Source: an uncultured delta proteobacterium (GTDB lineage Bacteria > Myxococcota_A > Polyangia > Polyangiales > B10-G4). Taken from it: a DNA stretch of 64,000 nt. The translations under genes and the position numbers were made by a program. The stretch covers positions 896,001 through 960,000 of the forward strand of contig CAVSGI010000010.1 of the NCBI GenBank assembly GCA_963727445.1, read 5' to 3'. Below, in pieces: positions 51,170 to 62,281 of this stretch. Below the pieces are notes generated by a model that was not told the origin of the DNA, did not search any database, and was given only the letters and a program-made list of their open reading frames with translations. Within the stretch, counting starts at the first letter, position 1, and the number at the start of each line of letters is the position of its first letter.

Positions 51170-51940
51170 GTGATGCGTCGTGTCCTCCCCATCGCGCTGC
51201 TCCTCCTCACCGCCTCCGCTCTCCGCCCGACCGCGACGCGCGCCGTCGACGAGGACGGTGATCAGAGCACCGAAGCCGCGCTGAACGTCCTCTTCATCGG
51301 GAACAGCTTCACGCGCTTCAACAACTTGCCGCGGATGGTCCGATTGCTCCTCGACTCCGACGGCGTGGGCCCGCCAGCCACGGTGGTGCGCGAGACGCGC
51401 GCCGGCGCCACCCTGCGCCGACTGTGGCGGATGCGCGAGGTCCGCTACCGCCTCGCCCAGGGCGGCTACACCCACGTGGTGATTCAGGGGCACAGCCTGA
51501 GACCCGTGAGGCGACCGAACGAGATCCGCGAGTACGCGCGCCGCTTCGACGAAGCGATCGACGACATCGGTGCCAAGACCGTTCTCTACAACACCTGGGC
51601 GCGCTCCCGTCACTCGGAGGACGTGCCCGAGGAGCTGGCCGATCCCCGCGCGATGCAGCAGCGGGTCGACAACGTCTACGAGCTGATGGCCCACGACCTC
51701 GACGCCGAGCTCGCGCCCGTCGGCCAGGCCTTCACCCTCGCCGCCGCGGAAGCCCCCGCCATCAAGCTCCGCCGCGCTGACGGCATCCATCCGACGCCCA
51801 AGGGAACCTACCTCGCCGCCTGCGTCTTCTACCGCGTGCTCACGGGAAGAAGCTCGCTCGGTCTTTCGTACTATCCATGGCCCATGCGAGAGAGAGTCGC
51901 TCGACGCTTGCAGGAGATCGCGGATAGGAGCGGGCGCTGA
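51170..51940 (+). CDS. SGNH/GDSL-type hydrolase (DUF4886-like), secreted
   Basis: VLFIGNSFT, V.IQ, PVG.AF and DGIHP...G.YLAA motifs. Confidence 0.85.
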   Translation: MMRRVLPIALLLLTASALRPTATRAVDEDGDQSTEAALNVLFIGNSFTRFNNLPRMVRLLLDSDGVGPPATVVRETRAGATLRRLWRMREVRYRLAQGGYTHVVIQGHSLRPVRRPNEIREYARRFDEAIDDIGAKTVLYNTWARSRHSEDVPEELADPRAMQQRVDNVYELMAHDLDAELAPVGQAFTLAAAEAPAIKLRRADGIHPTPKGTYLAACVFYRVLTGRSSLGLSYYPWPMRERVARRLQEIADRSGR

Positions 51941-52347
51941 GAGCACTCTGCTCGAGCCTCATTTTCCTCGTAATCCCGGCAGCTTGTGGTGCTCCTCCGG
52001 GCCCCCGCCCCCAGGACCCGAGCGCAGAGGCGGACGAGTCCTCTCCCGCCGATGAAGGCGGGCAGAGCGAGGGTGAGGGCTCCGGGTCCGCGTCTGAATC
52101 CGCGGCGGCACGCCCGACGCCAACCCCAACACCGACCCCCACGCCGGTCGTCACCGAGCGCGTCGTTCAGCAGACCGAGGAGCCCGGCTGCGATCCCAGC
52201 CTCGACGGGGACGGCGACGGTCTCGACGACTGCACGGACACCTGCCCCACCGTGGCCGAAGACCTGGACGGCGACCGGGACAGCGACGGCTGCCCCGAAC
52301 GCTCGATCGCGGACGCGCCGACCGTGAGCGGCGACGAGCCCAGCTGA
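51937..52347 (+). CDS. Small lipoprotein with Pro-Thr linker and thrombospondin type-3-like Ca-binding repeat (CTG start)
   Basis: Not in the ORF track. AGGAG 6 nt before CTG 51937 (CTGA overlap); MRALCSSLIFLVIPAAC...PTPTPTPTP...DGDGDGLDDCTDTCPTVAEDLDGDRDSDGCP. Confidence 0.7.
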   Translation: MRALCSSLIFLVIPAACGAPPGPRPQDPSAEADESSPADEGGQSEGEGSGSASESAAARPTPTPTPTPTPVVTERVVQQTEEPGCDPSLDGDGDGLDDCTDTCPTVAEDLDGDRDSDGCPERSIADAPTVSGDEPS

Positions 52348-52530
52348 GCGCTGCCCACGTGCCGCGAGCGGGCATTGGCGCCGGATGGCGTTGTCGCGGG
52401 GGCGGCGGGGGATGCGTCTCGATGCGTGAGCCGGTCTCGGGCCTGCGGCGCCTGCGGCGCCTCTGGGGGCTGTGCCCACACGTGATGGGTGAGCCGAGAC
52501 CCCAGGTCGCGCGACGCAACTCGCGGTGGG

Positions 52531-52683
52531 GCGCGGGCGAACCGGTCTCGAAGGCATCGCGCGATGGGCCGGGCTTCGGTACGCGCGGGCGAACCGGTCT
52601 CGAAGGCATCGCGCGATGGGCCGGTGCTCGGTGCGCGCGGGCGAACCGGTCTCGAAGGCATCGCGCGATGGGCCGGGCTTCGG
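52531..52683. repeat. Intergenic tandem array A, 52-bp period, 3 copies
   Basis: 42-bp core GCGCGGGCGAACCGGTCTCGAAGGCATCGCGCGATGGGCCGG at 52531, 52583 and 52635. Confidence 0.95.
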
Positions 52684-52737
52684 CCCTCCACTCCCCGCGC
52701 ATGAACGTTTCGAGCGGTTTCGATCTGCACACCTACG

Positions 52738-52855
52738 CGGACGGAACGCGCCACGCGGGCCATCGCCTCGGCCATCCGGTCCGTCCTGACGGACGGAACG
52801 CGCCACGCGGGCCATCGCCCCGCCCATCCGGTCCGTCCTGACGGACGGAACGCGC
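52738..52855. repeat. Intergenic tandem array B, 52-bp period, about 2.3 copies
   Basis: CGGACGGAACGCGCCACGCGGGCCATCGCCYCGSCCATCCGGTCCGTCCTGA at 52738 and 52790, partial at 52842. Confidence 0.95.
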
Positions 52856-52980
52856 GGTGAGCGACTGGCCCCGGCGCGTGGGCGGACACGACTGTCGCCC
52901 TCGATCCCCTGGGTTGTGTCCGGAGAACGGCCAGAACTGTCGACGTCTCCGCCGCCCCGCTTTGGACAGAGGCCGCGGGC

Positions 52981-54450
52981 TCAGTCCTCGAGCCCGGCCA
53001 CGTACTTGCGCACCGTGCGCCTGTCGAGCCCCGTGATCTTCGCCACCTCTACATAAGTGCCGTGGCGATCGTAGAGGAGCGCGCAGTAGCGAGACAGCAG
53101 CTCCTCGGCCGTGAGGTTGCCCGAGGCGAGCGCTCCCACCAGCCCCGCGGAGGCATCCGACCCGCTCCGGGTGTCGGGCGCGCAGGACTGGGTGAGCATG
53201 ATCCGGCGGATGCACTGCTCGAGCTCGCGAACATTGCCAGGCCAGTCGTAAGAGGCGCCGAGGTCGCGATCGATGGCGCCGCGAATCATCGGATAGATCT
53301 CCTCGGCGTCCTCGCCGACGAGCCGGGGGATCAAGCTGTGAAGCAGGTCGTCGAGCTCGCCCGGCTCCTCGGCCAATCGGGTCCGCAGCGGCGGCACCTG
53401 GATCACGTCGGAGGACAGCCGGTAATAGAAATCGTCGCGAAAACGACCTTCTCGGCGCAGCTCGTCGAGGGGCCGGTGGGTCGCGGCGACGACCCGCCCG
53501 GTGAACTTCCGCTCCTCGAAGCCCCCCACCGAGGTGTAGAGCCGCTCCTGGAGCACGCGCAGGAGCTTGATTTGCACCGGGATGGAGACCTCGCCGATCT
53601 CGTCGAGGAAGGCAGCGCCATGCGCGCGACAGCGGTCGAAGACACCCGGCCGAGCCGAGAGCGCCCCGGTGAAGGCACCCTTTTCGTGACCGAAGAGCGC
53701 CGACTCGATGAGTGACTCGGGGTACTGACTGAGGTTGATGGGGACGAAGGCCTCGGTGAAGGAGAAGCTGAAGCTCTTCTTCTTCGGGTCGTAGGGGATG
53801 AAGCCCGAGCGTCCGATGGCGGCCGCGGCCGCGCCCTTCCCGCTGCCGGTCTCGCCGAGGAGGATGGTCGAGAAATCCTCCATCCGGTCCCAGAGAAAGC
53901 GATCGTAGAGGCGGATGTCGTGGGTGAAGACCGAGTTCCACAGGCTCTCGCGGAGCAGGCGCATCGATCGGCTGCGCCCCACCAGGCCCCCGGCGATGAA
54001 GAAGAAGGCCCGCCGCATCTGAAAGAAGAGGGTGAGCATCCGCTGGGCCCGCTCCTCGGCGATGCCGCAGGCCGCGAGCTCACCGAGCAGTGGCGGGGCG
54101 AAGGAGGCTTCGATCGGCGTCTCGCCCGCCGCGAGCTGGGCTTCGATGTGGGCGTCGAGATCGTCGACGTATCGGTGGAAGGCATCGAAGAGGATGGCGT
54201 GCTCGACGAGGCTCTCCTCCTCCCCTTCGAAGACGGCGGGCGAGATCGACCCCGCCCCAGCCAGGCCCTCGAGGGCACTCGTGACCCGCTCGATCAGTCG
54301 CGCGAGCACGTTCGGGTCGTCGGCGCTCGTCTGGGCGATGCGCTCGTCGAGCTCGTCCCGCTCCCGGCTGAAGGGATTGACGAAGGCCGCCTGGGAGATC
54401 AGCTGAAAGAGCTCGCGCTGGGCACCGGTGAGATTTCGAGCCATGAACAC
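52981..54450 (-). CDS. Sigma-54 enhancer-binding protein with uncharacterised helical N-terminal domain
   Basis: [35 protein letters not shown] and C-terminal HTH (LDRRTV). Confidence 0.92.
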   Translation of the reverse strand: MFMARNLTGAQRELFQLISQAAFVNPFSRERDELDERIAQTSADDPNVLARLIERVTSALEGLAGAGSISPAVFEGEEESLVEHAILFDAFHRYVDDLDAHIEAQLAAGETPIEASFAPPLLGELAACGIAEERAQRMLTLFFQMRRAFFFIAGGLVGRSRSMRLLRESLWNSVFTHDIRLYDRFLWDRMEDFSTILLGETGSGKGAAAAAIGRSGFIPYDPKKKSFSFSFTEAFVPINLSQYPESLIESALFGHEKGAFTGALSARPGVFDRCRAHGAAFLDEIGEVSIPVQIKLLRVLQERLYTSVGGFEERKFTGRVVAATHRPLDELRREGRFRDDFYYRLSSDVIQVPPLRTRLAEEPGELDDLLHSLIPRLVGEDAEEIYPMIRGAIDRDLGASYDWPGNVRELEQCIRRIMLTQSCAPDTRSGSDASAGLVGALASGNLTAEELLSRYCALLYDRHGTYVEVAKITGLDRRTVRKYVAGLED

Positions 54451-54525
54451 GGAGGGTACACAGGGTGAACAGCCCGTGTACTCCTCATACGTACGCTGCC
54501 GAGCGGGGCGGGATTCCCTCTTGGC

Positions 54526-55284
54526 TCACTTCACGATGCGCGCGAAGTCGTAGGTGCTGGCGATGCCCACCACTCCGTCGTCCACGAGGATGATCCGGCG
54601 GGCGTTCATGGTGAGCGCCTGATGGGCGGCGCGATAGAGCGCGAGATTCGCGGGGACCACCAGGATCTGGGGGTTCATCACCTCTTCGACCGGGGTGCGC
54701 GGGTCCATCGCGCGGCTCGACAGGGCGTCCGCTTGAGAGAAGGTCCCCAGCGGCCACTGCGCGTCGGCCACCACCAGGCCGTGCTTGTTGGAGGCCTCGA
54801 GACGGTCGACGGCGAGGGAGAGCGTGTCCTCCGGCTTCACCTTGACGATCGACTTGGTGGCGATCTCCGAGATGGGGCTCCGCACCCGCGCGTCGAAGAC
54901 CGCGCGCATCAGGTCCTTGGTGGAGACCACGCCCTTCGGCTCTCCGTCCACCTCGACGAAGACGCGATGCATGTGGCTCTTCAGCATGACTCTCGCGATC
55001 TCCGACAAGGGCGTGTCCTCGGAGACGATCACCGGATCGGGGGTCATCAGCTTTCCCACCGGCTCCTTGGAGACGCGGAAGGTCTCGTGAGGCTCCCCGG
55101 AGGAGGTGTCGATGAGGTCGGTTCGCGAGACCACCCCCACCAGTGATCCCTCGTGAATCACACCGAGCGCACTGATGTCGTGCTCGGTGAGGAGGCGCTC
55201 GGCGTCATCAGCAGAAGTCCCGACGTCGACCGTCCGGATGGGTGAGCTCATGTACTCGGAGGCGGCGACCGCGAACTTGCTCAT
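54526..55284 (-). CDS. CBS domain protein (four CBS repeats)
   Basis: Repeated MS/MT.P...V, LVGVVSRTDL and GVVSTKDL patterns. Confidence 0.9.
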   Translation of the reverse strand: MSKFAVAASEYMSSPIRTVDVGTSADDAERLLTEHDISALGVIHEGSLVGVVSRTDLIDTSSGEPHETFRVSKEPVGKLMTPDPVIVSEDTPLSEIARVMLKSHMHRVFVEVDGEPKGVVSTKDLMRAVFDARVRSPISEIATKSIVKVKPEDTLSLAVDRLEASNKHGLVVADAQWPLGTFSQADALSSRAMDPRTPVEEVMNPQILVVPANLALYRAAHQALTMNARRIILVDDGVVGIASTYDFARIVK

Positions 55285-55313
55285 GTACGCGAATTAATCG
55301 CCGAAACTGCCGA

Positions 55314-55329
55314 CGCAAGAGCCCGTCCA
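55314..55329 (-). promoter_or_regulatory. Possible sigma-54 promoter for the CBS gene
   Basis: Minus strand TGGACGG-GCTC-TTGCG with GG-N10-GC spacing, 30 nt before the ATG. Confidence 0.4.
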
Positions 55330-55365
55330 CTGAGATACTGTGGCGGTGAGGAGGGGGGGAGCGAG

Positions 55366-56847
55366 ATGCGAAATCCGCTGCGGTGGGGGGTCGTCGTGTT
55401 CTGCCTGGGGCTCGACCCGGCTCTCGCGACGGCGCAGGGGGACGAGGAGGGCGCCAGCGTCTCCGACGAAGCGGAGAGCGGAGACGCCGAAGCCGACCGA
55501 GCAGAGCAAGCGCCGGCCGAGGAGCACGCGCCGGGCGAGGTCTACTCACCGCCCGTCACCACCGTCAGTCTCGACAACGGCCTCGAGGTCCTCCTCCAGC
55601 CCGACGACCGCGCGGCGCAGGTCGCGGTCTGCACGGCGTACGGCGTCGGGAACCGCGACGATGCGACGGGCTACAGCGGTATCGCCCACCTGATGGAGCA
55701 CATGGCCTTTCGAGGCTCTGACCACGCGCCGGAGGGGTATCTGCAGATCCTGGAGAACGCGGGAGTGTCCGCTTACAACGGCGTCACCTCCTCGGACGAC
55801 ACGGTCTACTACTCGGTGGTGCCCCCAACGCGCATGGCGACGCCCCTGTGGGTCGAGGCCGACCGGATGGCCTATCTCCTCGACGGCATCGACGACGAGG
55901 ATGTGGAGGCGGAGCAGCAGATCGTCCGGCACGAGTGGGAAGAGCGAGGCGGTGGCACTTTCTACGAGGACATGCGGCGGGCCCTCGTCGACGAGCTCTA
56001 CCCACCCGGGCATCCCTACCGGCGCATGCCGGATGATCCCGACGACGTCGAGGCGGTAGATCTCTCCGACCTGCAGTGGTTCTTTCAACACTGGTACCAG
56101 CCGCACAACGCACGGCTCGCCGTGGTGGGTCGCTTCGACGAGGCCGAAGCGAGGCGGTTGGTGAACGAATGGTTCGGAGCGATTCGCCCCACCGGGCAAC
56201 GCGCCCGACGTCGGAGCGCCGAGCCGGTCGAGCTCACGGGCCAGACCACGATCCACATGCGGGGGGCGGTGAGTCGTTCTCGCGTCATCGTCTCGTGGCC
56301 GACGCCCGCTTCGATGACCGATGACGACGCGTCTCTGGCCGTCCTGTCCTGGGTCCTCGACGGCGCCACCGATCGCCGGCTCGAGGAGGCGCTCGTCAGC
56401 ACGCGCCTCGCGCGGAGCGTGGTCTCCCGCCAGGAAGGCGGCGAGCTCGGCTCGCGCTTCGTGATCGAGGCCACCTCGGCCATCGACCACAGCGCCGAGG
56501 AGCTGCTCACGGCGATCGACCGGGTCCTGGACGAGATGCGCGGCGAGCTGGTTCGCGAAGGCGAGCTGTCCACGGCGATCTCCGCCCTGCAGCGTAGCCT
56601 CCTGGGCGGCGAAGACGCCATCGGATGGCGCGCATGCAACCTGGCCCGCAGGCGCCCCGCCGACGGCGGTCACTACACGATCGAGTATGCGCACGACCGA
56701 TATGGGGAGGTGACGCAAGAGCGCGTGCAGGACGCGCTTCAGCGCCTGTTGCCCGCCGACCGCCGGGTGGTCGTGCTGCTGGAGTCCGACGAGGATGCTG
56801 GCGACGTCGAGATCGAACGAATCGATCGGCCGGGGAGCGCGCAGTGA
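55366..56847 (+). CDS. M16 (pitrilysin-like) zinc peptidase, catalytic subunit
   Basis: LDNGL, GIAHLMEHMAFRGS (HxxEH), NG.T..D.T.Y, HPY and Y.P.NA.L motifs. Confidence 0.92.
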   Translation: MRNPLRWGVVVFCLGLDPALATAQGDEEGASVSDEAESGDAEADRAEQAPAEEHAPGEVYSPPVTTVSLDNGLEVLLQPDDRAAQVAVCTAYGVGNRDDATGYSGIAHLMEHMAFRGSDHAPEGYLQILENAGVSAYNGVTSSDDTVYYSVVPPTRMATPLWVEADRMAYLLDGIDDEDVEAEQQIVRHEWEERGGGTFYEDMRRALVDELYPPGHPYRRMPDDPDDVEAVDLSDLQWFFQHWYQPHNARLAVVGRFDEAEARRLVNEWFGAIRPTGQRARRRSAEPVELTGQTTIHMRGAVSRSRVIVSWPTPASMTDDDASLAVLSWVLDGATDRRLEEALVSTRLARSVVSRQEGGELGSRFVIEATSAIDHSAEELLTAIDRVLDEMRGELVREGELSTAISALQRSLLGGEDAIGWRACNLARRRPADGGHYTIEYAHDRYGEVTQERVQDALQRLLPADRRVVVLLESDEDAGDVEIERIDRPGSAQ

Positions 56848-58280
56848 CCCGCCTCCTCTATCCACTCGCCGTCCTTTCGCTGCTGGCTTGTGGGTCGCGG
56901 CCTCCGCTCCCCGAACCATCGTCGCCGCTCACGCCGACCCCGACCGGAGCGCTCCCGGCCCGCCCCCCCGACAACGACGCGGACGAGAGCGCGCCGCTGC
57001 CGGTCGCGCGCGAGTACCAGCTGGATACCGGGCTCACCGTGCGGCACGTCTACCGAGAAGGTTGGCCGCTGATCGGGATCTATCTCGTCAACTCGAAGGC
57101 GGGAGAGGTCTATCCCGCCGATCAGGCCGGCATCAGTCGGCTGGGCAACTGGTCGCTGGCGCGCTTCGCGAGCGGAAAGGTGGGCGGCGTCTCCATCAAT
57201 TCGTCGACGGGCTACGAAGGCGCGGACCTCCACGCCAACGTGCGGCCGCGCGAGGTGGCGGCGACGCTGGCGGCGCTCGGTGAAGCGCTCGCCGATCCCA
57301 CACCGCCCGACGCCACGATCGAGGACGTTCGAATCGCCCAGCTGAACGACATGCGTGACTATCAGCGCAGCTCTCTCGGCTCTGCGCTGGTCGTGGCCCG
57401 TGAGTATCTCTTCGGACGGGGGCACCACCTCAGCGTTTCTCCCCACGGCAGCGTCGCGGCGGTGGCCGACACCTCGCCCGACGATGTCCGTGCCTCCATC
57501 GCCGCGCGCTGGAACCCCTCGAACTGTGCTCTCGTGGTGGTCGGCGACATCGATCAGGCGACCCTCGACCCTCTGATCGCCTCCTCCCTCGCAGGCTTCG
57601 CGGAGCACGAGGGGGTCGACCCCGCCATCCAGCAAAGCGGCGAACGACCCGAGCGCTCGGTCTTCACCTTTCACGATGGCTCCGAAGCCGCCTCGGTCAT
57701 CCTGGTCGACCGCGCTCCCCTCGCGGGAGCCGACGACGTCCTGGCCTTCGCCGCCGTCATCGAGCTGACCGCCGGGGAGTTCAGCTCCCGGGTCAATCAG
57801 ACCCTCCGCGTACGTCATACGCTGACCTACGGCGCACACGGCTCCTACACCCGGTCACGCTTCGCTGGCTACTACTCGATCTCGCTGACGGTTCCCTCCG
57901 ACGAGGTGGCGCACGCGCTCGACATCGTCGAAGAGCAGATCCGAGGGGTGGTGGATGCCCCACCGACGCCCGCCGAAGTGCGCCGAGTGAAGCTGCTGAT
58001 GGAGTCGCATCTCCGTGCCGTCCTGGACGACAACAGCACGACCGCCTCCGGTCTCGCATACGGCTGGGTGCGCGGCCAGTCGCCGAACCTGTTCGACGAG
58101 CAGATCGGGAAGATCCGCGCGCTGACCGGCGACGACATTCATCGGGCAGCGCAGCAGTGGCTGCATCCGGGCGAAACCCCCATCGTCGTCGCCGGTGACC
58201 TCAATCAGATCCGCCCCCGACGAAATCTCGATCACCTCGGACCGGTTCACATCTTCGCCTTCCGGATCGAAGAGGACTGA
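56844..58280 (+). CDS. M16 peptidase partner subunit (no HxxEH), lipoprotein
   Basis: GTGA overlap; lipobox LLAC; LVVVGD and FSSRV...LR....TYG motifs. Confidence 0.85.
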   Translation: MTRLLYPLAVLSLLACGSRPPLPEPSSPLTPTPTGALPARPPDNDADESAPLPVAREYQLDTGLTVRHVYREGWPLIGIYLVNSKAGEVYPADQAGISRLGNWSLARFASGKVGGVSINSSTGYEGADLHANVRPREVAATLAALGEALADPTPPDATIEDVRIAQLNDMRDYQRSSLGSALVVAREYLFGRGHHLSVSPHGSVAAVADTSPDDVRASIAARWNPSNCALVVVGDIDQATLDPLIASSLAGFAEHEGVDPAIQQSGERPERSVFTFHDGSEAASVILVDRAPLAGADDVLAFAAVIELTAGEFSSRVNQTLRVRHTLTYGAHGSYTRSRFAGYYSISLTVPSDEVAHALDIVEEQIRGVVDAPPTPAEVRRVKLLMESHLRAVLDDNSTTASGLAYGWVRGQSPNLFDEQIGKIRALTGDDIHRAAQQWLHPGETPIVVAGDLNQIRPRRNLDHLGPVHIFAFRIEED

Positions 58281-58552
58281 ACCGCCGCCGAGACCCCCCT
58301 GGATCATCATTGGTTGCGCGGGCCGACTGAATCATTCGCGCTGTAAAGGGCGGTCTGTGAGCTAGGACAGGCCGCCCCCGATTTGCCGTGGCAGCCCCCC
58401 GAAGGGCGACACATGGTGTGCTTGTCCAAGGCCTAGCTTCCCGCCACGTCGCGACAACAGCGCAGGCGGTCGATGCAAATGACACGTTTGTAATGTGCGT
58501 CCCCGCCGGGGCGTGCAGACGGACTCCTCCAACCTCACTCCCCGAGTACCCA

Positions 58553-59566
58553 ATGATGCGAATCTCCCGTGCAACGCTGGCAGCTCTTCCGCTGCTGTTA
58601 CTCCCCCTCTTCAGCGCCTGCTCCGCTTCGAACAGCGGTTCAGCCGGCACACCCGATGTCGTAGCTCTCCCCATCACGGGAACGATCTACACCATCGTCT
58701 TCGAGAACCACGGCGTCGATGCCGTCTTCGATCCCAAGAACACCTACTTCAATCAACTCGCCCAGGAGTACGGCACGGCCGACGCGTACCTCGCGAACGA
58801 CCATCCGAGCCTCACCAACTACATGAGGATGACCTCCGGGACCAACCAGGGCTTCGGCGACAACGGCCCGCCCTCCCAGCACCAGGCGGACGGATCCGAC
58901 AACCTCGCCGATCAGCTGGACGCCGCTGGGATCACCTGGCGCGCGTACATGGAAGACATGGTCGACCCGTGTCGGATGACCGACAACGGCAAGTACGCCG
59001 TCAAACACAACCCCTTCGTCTACTACACGTCCCTGACCAACGACCAGGCCCGCTGCGATGAGCACGTGGTCGACTTCGACCAGCACTTCACCGAGGACCT
59101 GGCGGCGAACCAGTACAAGTACATGTGGATCACCCCCAACATGTGCCACAGCATGCACGACTGCGACACCACCGTGGGCGATGCGTGGCTGGCCGAGGTC
59201 ATCCCACAGATCATGGCCTCCCCCGGCTACCAGGAAGGCGGCGCGATCTTCGTCCTCTTCGACGAGGGTGACGCCGACGCGACCTACGCGTGGTCCCTGG
59301 TGTTCAAACGCCCCCAGAACGTCCCCGCCATCGTCATCTCCGACAAGCTGGTCTATCCGGGCTTCGTCTCGGACACGACCTACACCCACAACTCGTACCT
59401 GGCGACCATCGAGGATGCCTTCGGGCTCCCGCGCCTGGCGACCACCCAGGAAGCGACGCCGATGGCCGACTTCTTCATCCCGGACGCGTTCCTGCCCGCC
59501 GATCCCGCGCTCGGCACCGGAGCAACGACGACGACAACCGGCGGCAGCGGAGGCACGGCTCCCTGA
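58553..59566 (+). CDS. Phosphoesterase family (acid phosphatase / alkaline phosphatase superfamily) lipoprotein
   Basis: Lipobox FSAC; IVFENH, HPSLTNY, KHNPF, PN...MHD, FDE and H.S.L.TIE..FGL motifs. Confidence 0.88.
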   Translation: MMRISRATLAALPLLLLPLFSACSASNSGSAGTPDVVALPITGTIYTIVFENHGVDAVFDPKNTYFNQLAQEYGTADAYLANDHPSLTNYMRMTSGTNQGFGDNGPPSQHQADGSDNLADQLDAAGITWRAYMEDMVDPCRMTDNGKYAVKHNPFVYYTSLTNDQARCDEHVVDFDQHFTEDLAANQYKYMWITPNMCHSMHDCDTTVGDAWLAEVIPQIMASPGYQEGGAIFVLFDEGDADATYAWSLVFKRPQNVPAIVISDKLVYPGFVSDTTYTHNSYLATIEDAFGLPRLATTQEATPMADFFIPDAFLPADPALGTGATTTTTGGSGGTAP

Positions 59567-59665
59567 CGCCACTGGGGCGGGGCTGATGCGTGTCCCGTCC
59601 AGCCGATAGACGCATCGAGCACGGCCCGCGTACGCTCCCAGAGCTGCGCGGGCCTGGCTCGTCCG

Positions 59666-61415
<1,750 letters not shown>

Positions 61416-61416
<1 letters not shown>

Positions 61417-62273
61417 TGTTCGAGACGGTTCGGGAATATCGGAGCTTCGGGGGCCGACAGCTCTTCCTGAAGCATCAATCGGAGCTCTGCGGCGGGCCGA
61501 TGGAGCTCTCCGTGTACCTGCCGCCCCAGGCCGAGCGCGAGAAGGTGCCGGTCGTGTACTGGCTCTCCGGGCTCACCTGCACGGCGGCGAACTTCACGGA
61601 GAAGGCGGGCGCGCAGCGCATGGCGGCGGCGCTGGGACTCGCCATCGTCTGCCCGGACACCAGCCCGCGCGGCGGCGGCTACCCAGGCGAGGACGACCAC
61701 TGGGACTTCGGCACCGGCGCCGGCTTCTACGTCGACGCCACCGAGGAGCCCTGGTCGCGCACCTACCAGATGTACTCGTACGTGACGCGCGAGCTGCCCG
61801 CGCTGATCGACTCCGAGTTGCCGACGCTGGGTGAGGGTCATCGCTCCATCTTCGGACACTCGATGGGTGGTCACGGCGCTCTGGTGATCGCCTTGCGGGA
61901 GCCGGAGCGCTGGCGATCGGTGTCGGCCTTCTCCCCGATCTGCGCGCCCACGCGCTGCCCCTGGGGCGTGAAGGCCTTCGGTGGATACCTCGGAGACGAC
62001 CGCGAGGCGTGGAGCTCCTACGACGCGAGCGCGCTGGTTCGCGAGTCGACCCATCCGATCACCATCCTCGTCGATCAGGGTCTCGCCGACGGGTTCCTCG
62101 AAGAGCAGCTCCGGCCAGAGCTCTTCGAAGACGCATGCAAGGCCGGTGGCCAGCGCCTGTCGCTCCGCCGCCACGAAGGCTACGACCACAGCTACTACTT
62201 CATCGCCAGCTTCGTGGAGGACCACCTCCGCCACCACGCCGCCGCGCTCAAGGGCCCGGCCGGCGCGCCCTGA
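61416..62273 (+). CDS. fghA: S-formylglutathione hydrolase
   Basis: WLSGLTC, PDTSPRG, GAGFYVDAT, GHSMGGHGA and GYDHSYYF motifs; TGATG coupling to frmA. Confidence 0.96.
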
Positions 62274-62281
62274 ATCAGGAG

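Noticed and set aside
52359..52841. ORFs across the repeat region (e.g. 52359-52841 +, 52167-52889 -)
   Set aside because: The 52-bp period is not a multiple of three, the translations cycle through frames, and they lack coding features.
52531..52855. CRISPR array interpretation of the 52-bp repeats
   Set aside because: The variable segments are only about 10 bp and similar to each other (array A) or essentially absent (array B), and there are no cas genes in the window.
58348..58445. c-di-GMP-I riboswitch call
   Set aside because: A GGCAAA occurs on the minus strand, but the GNRA tetraloop/receptor and GCAAAG arrangement are not present; kept only as an unclassified structured element.
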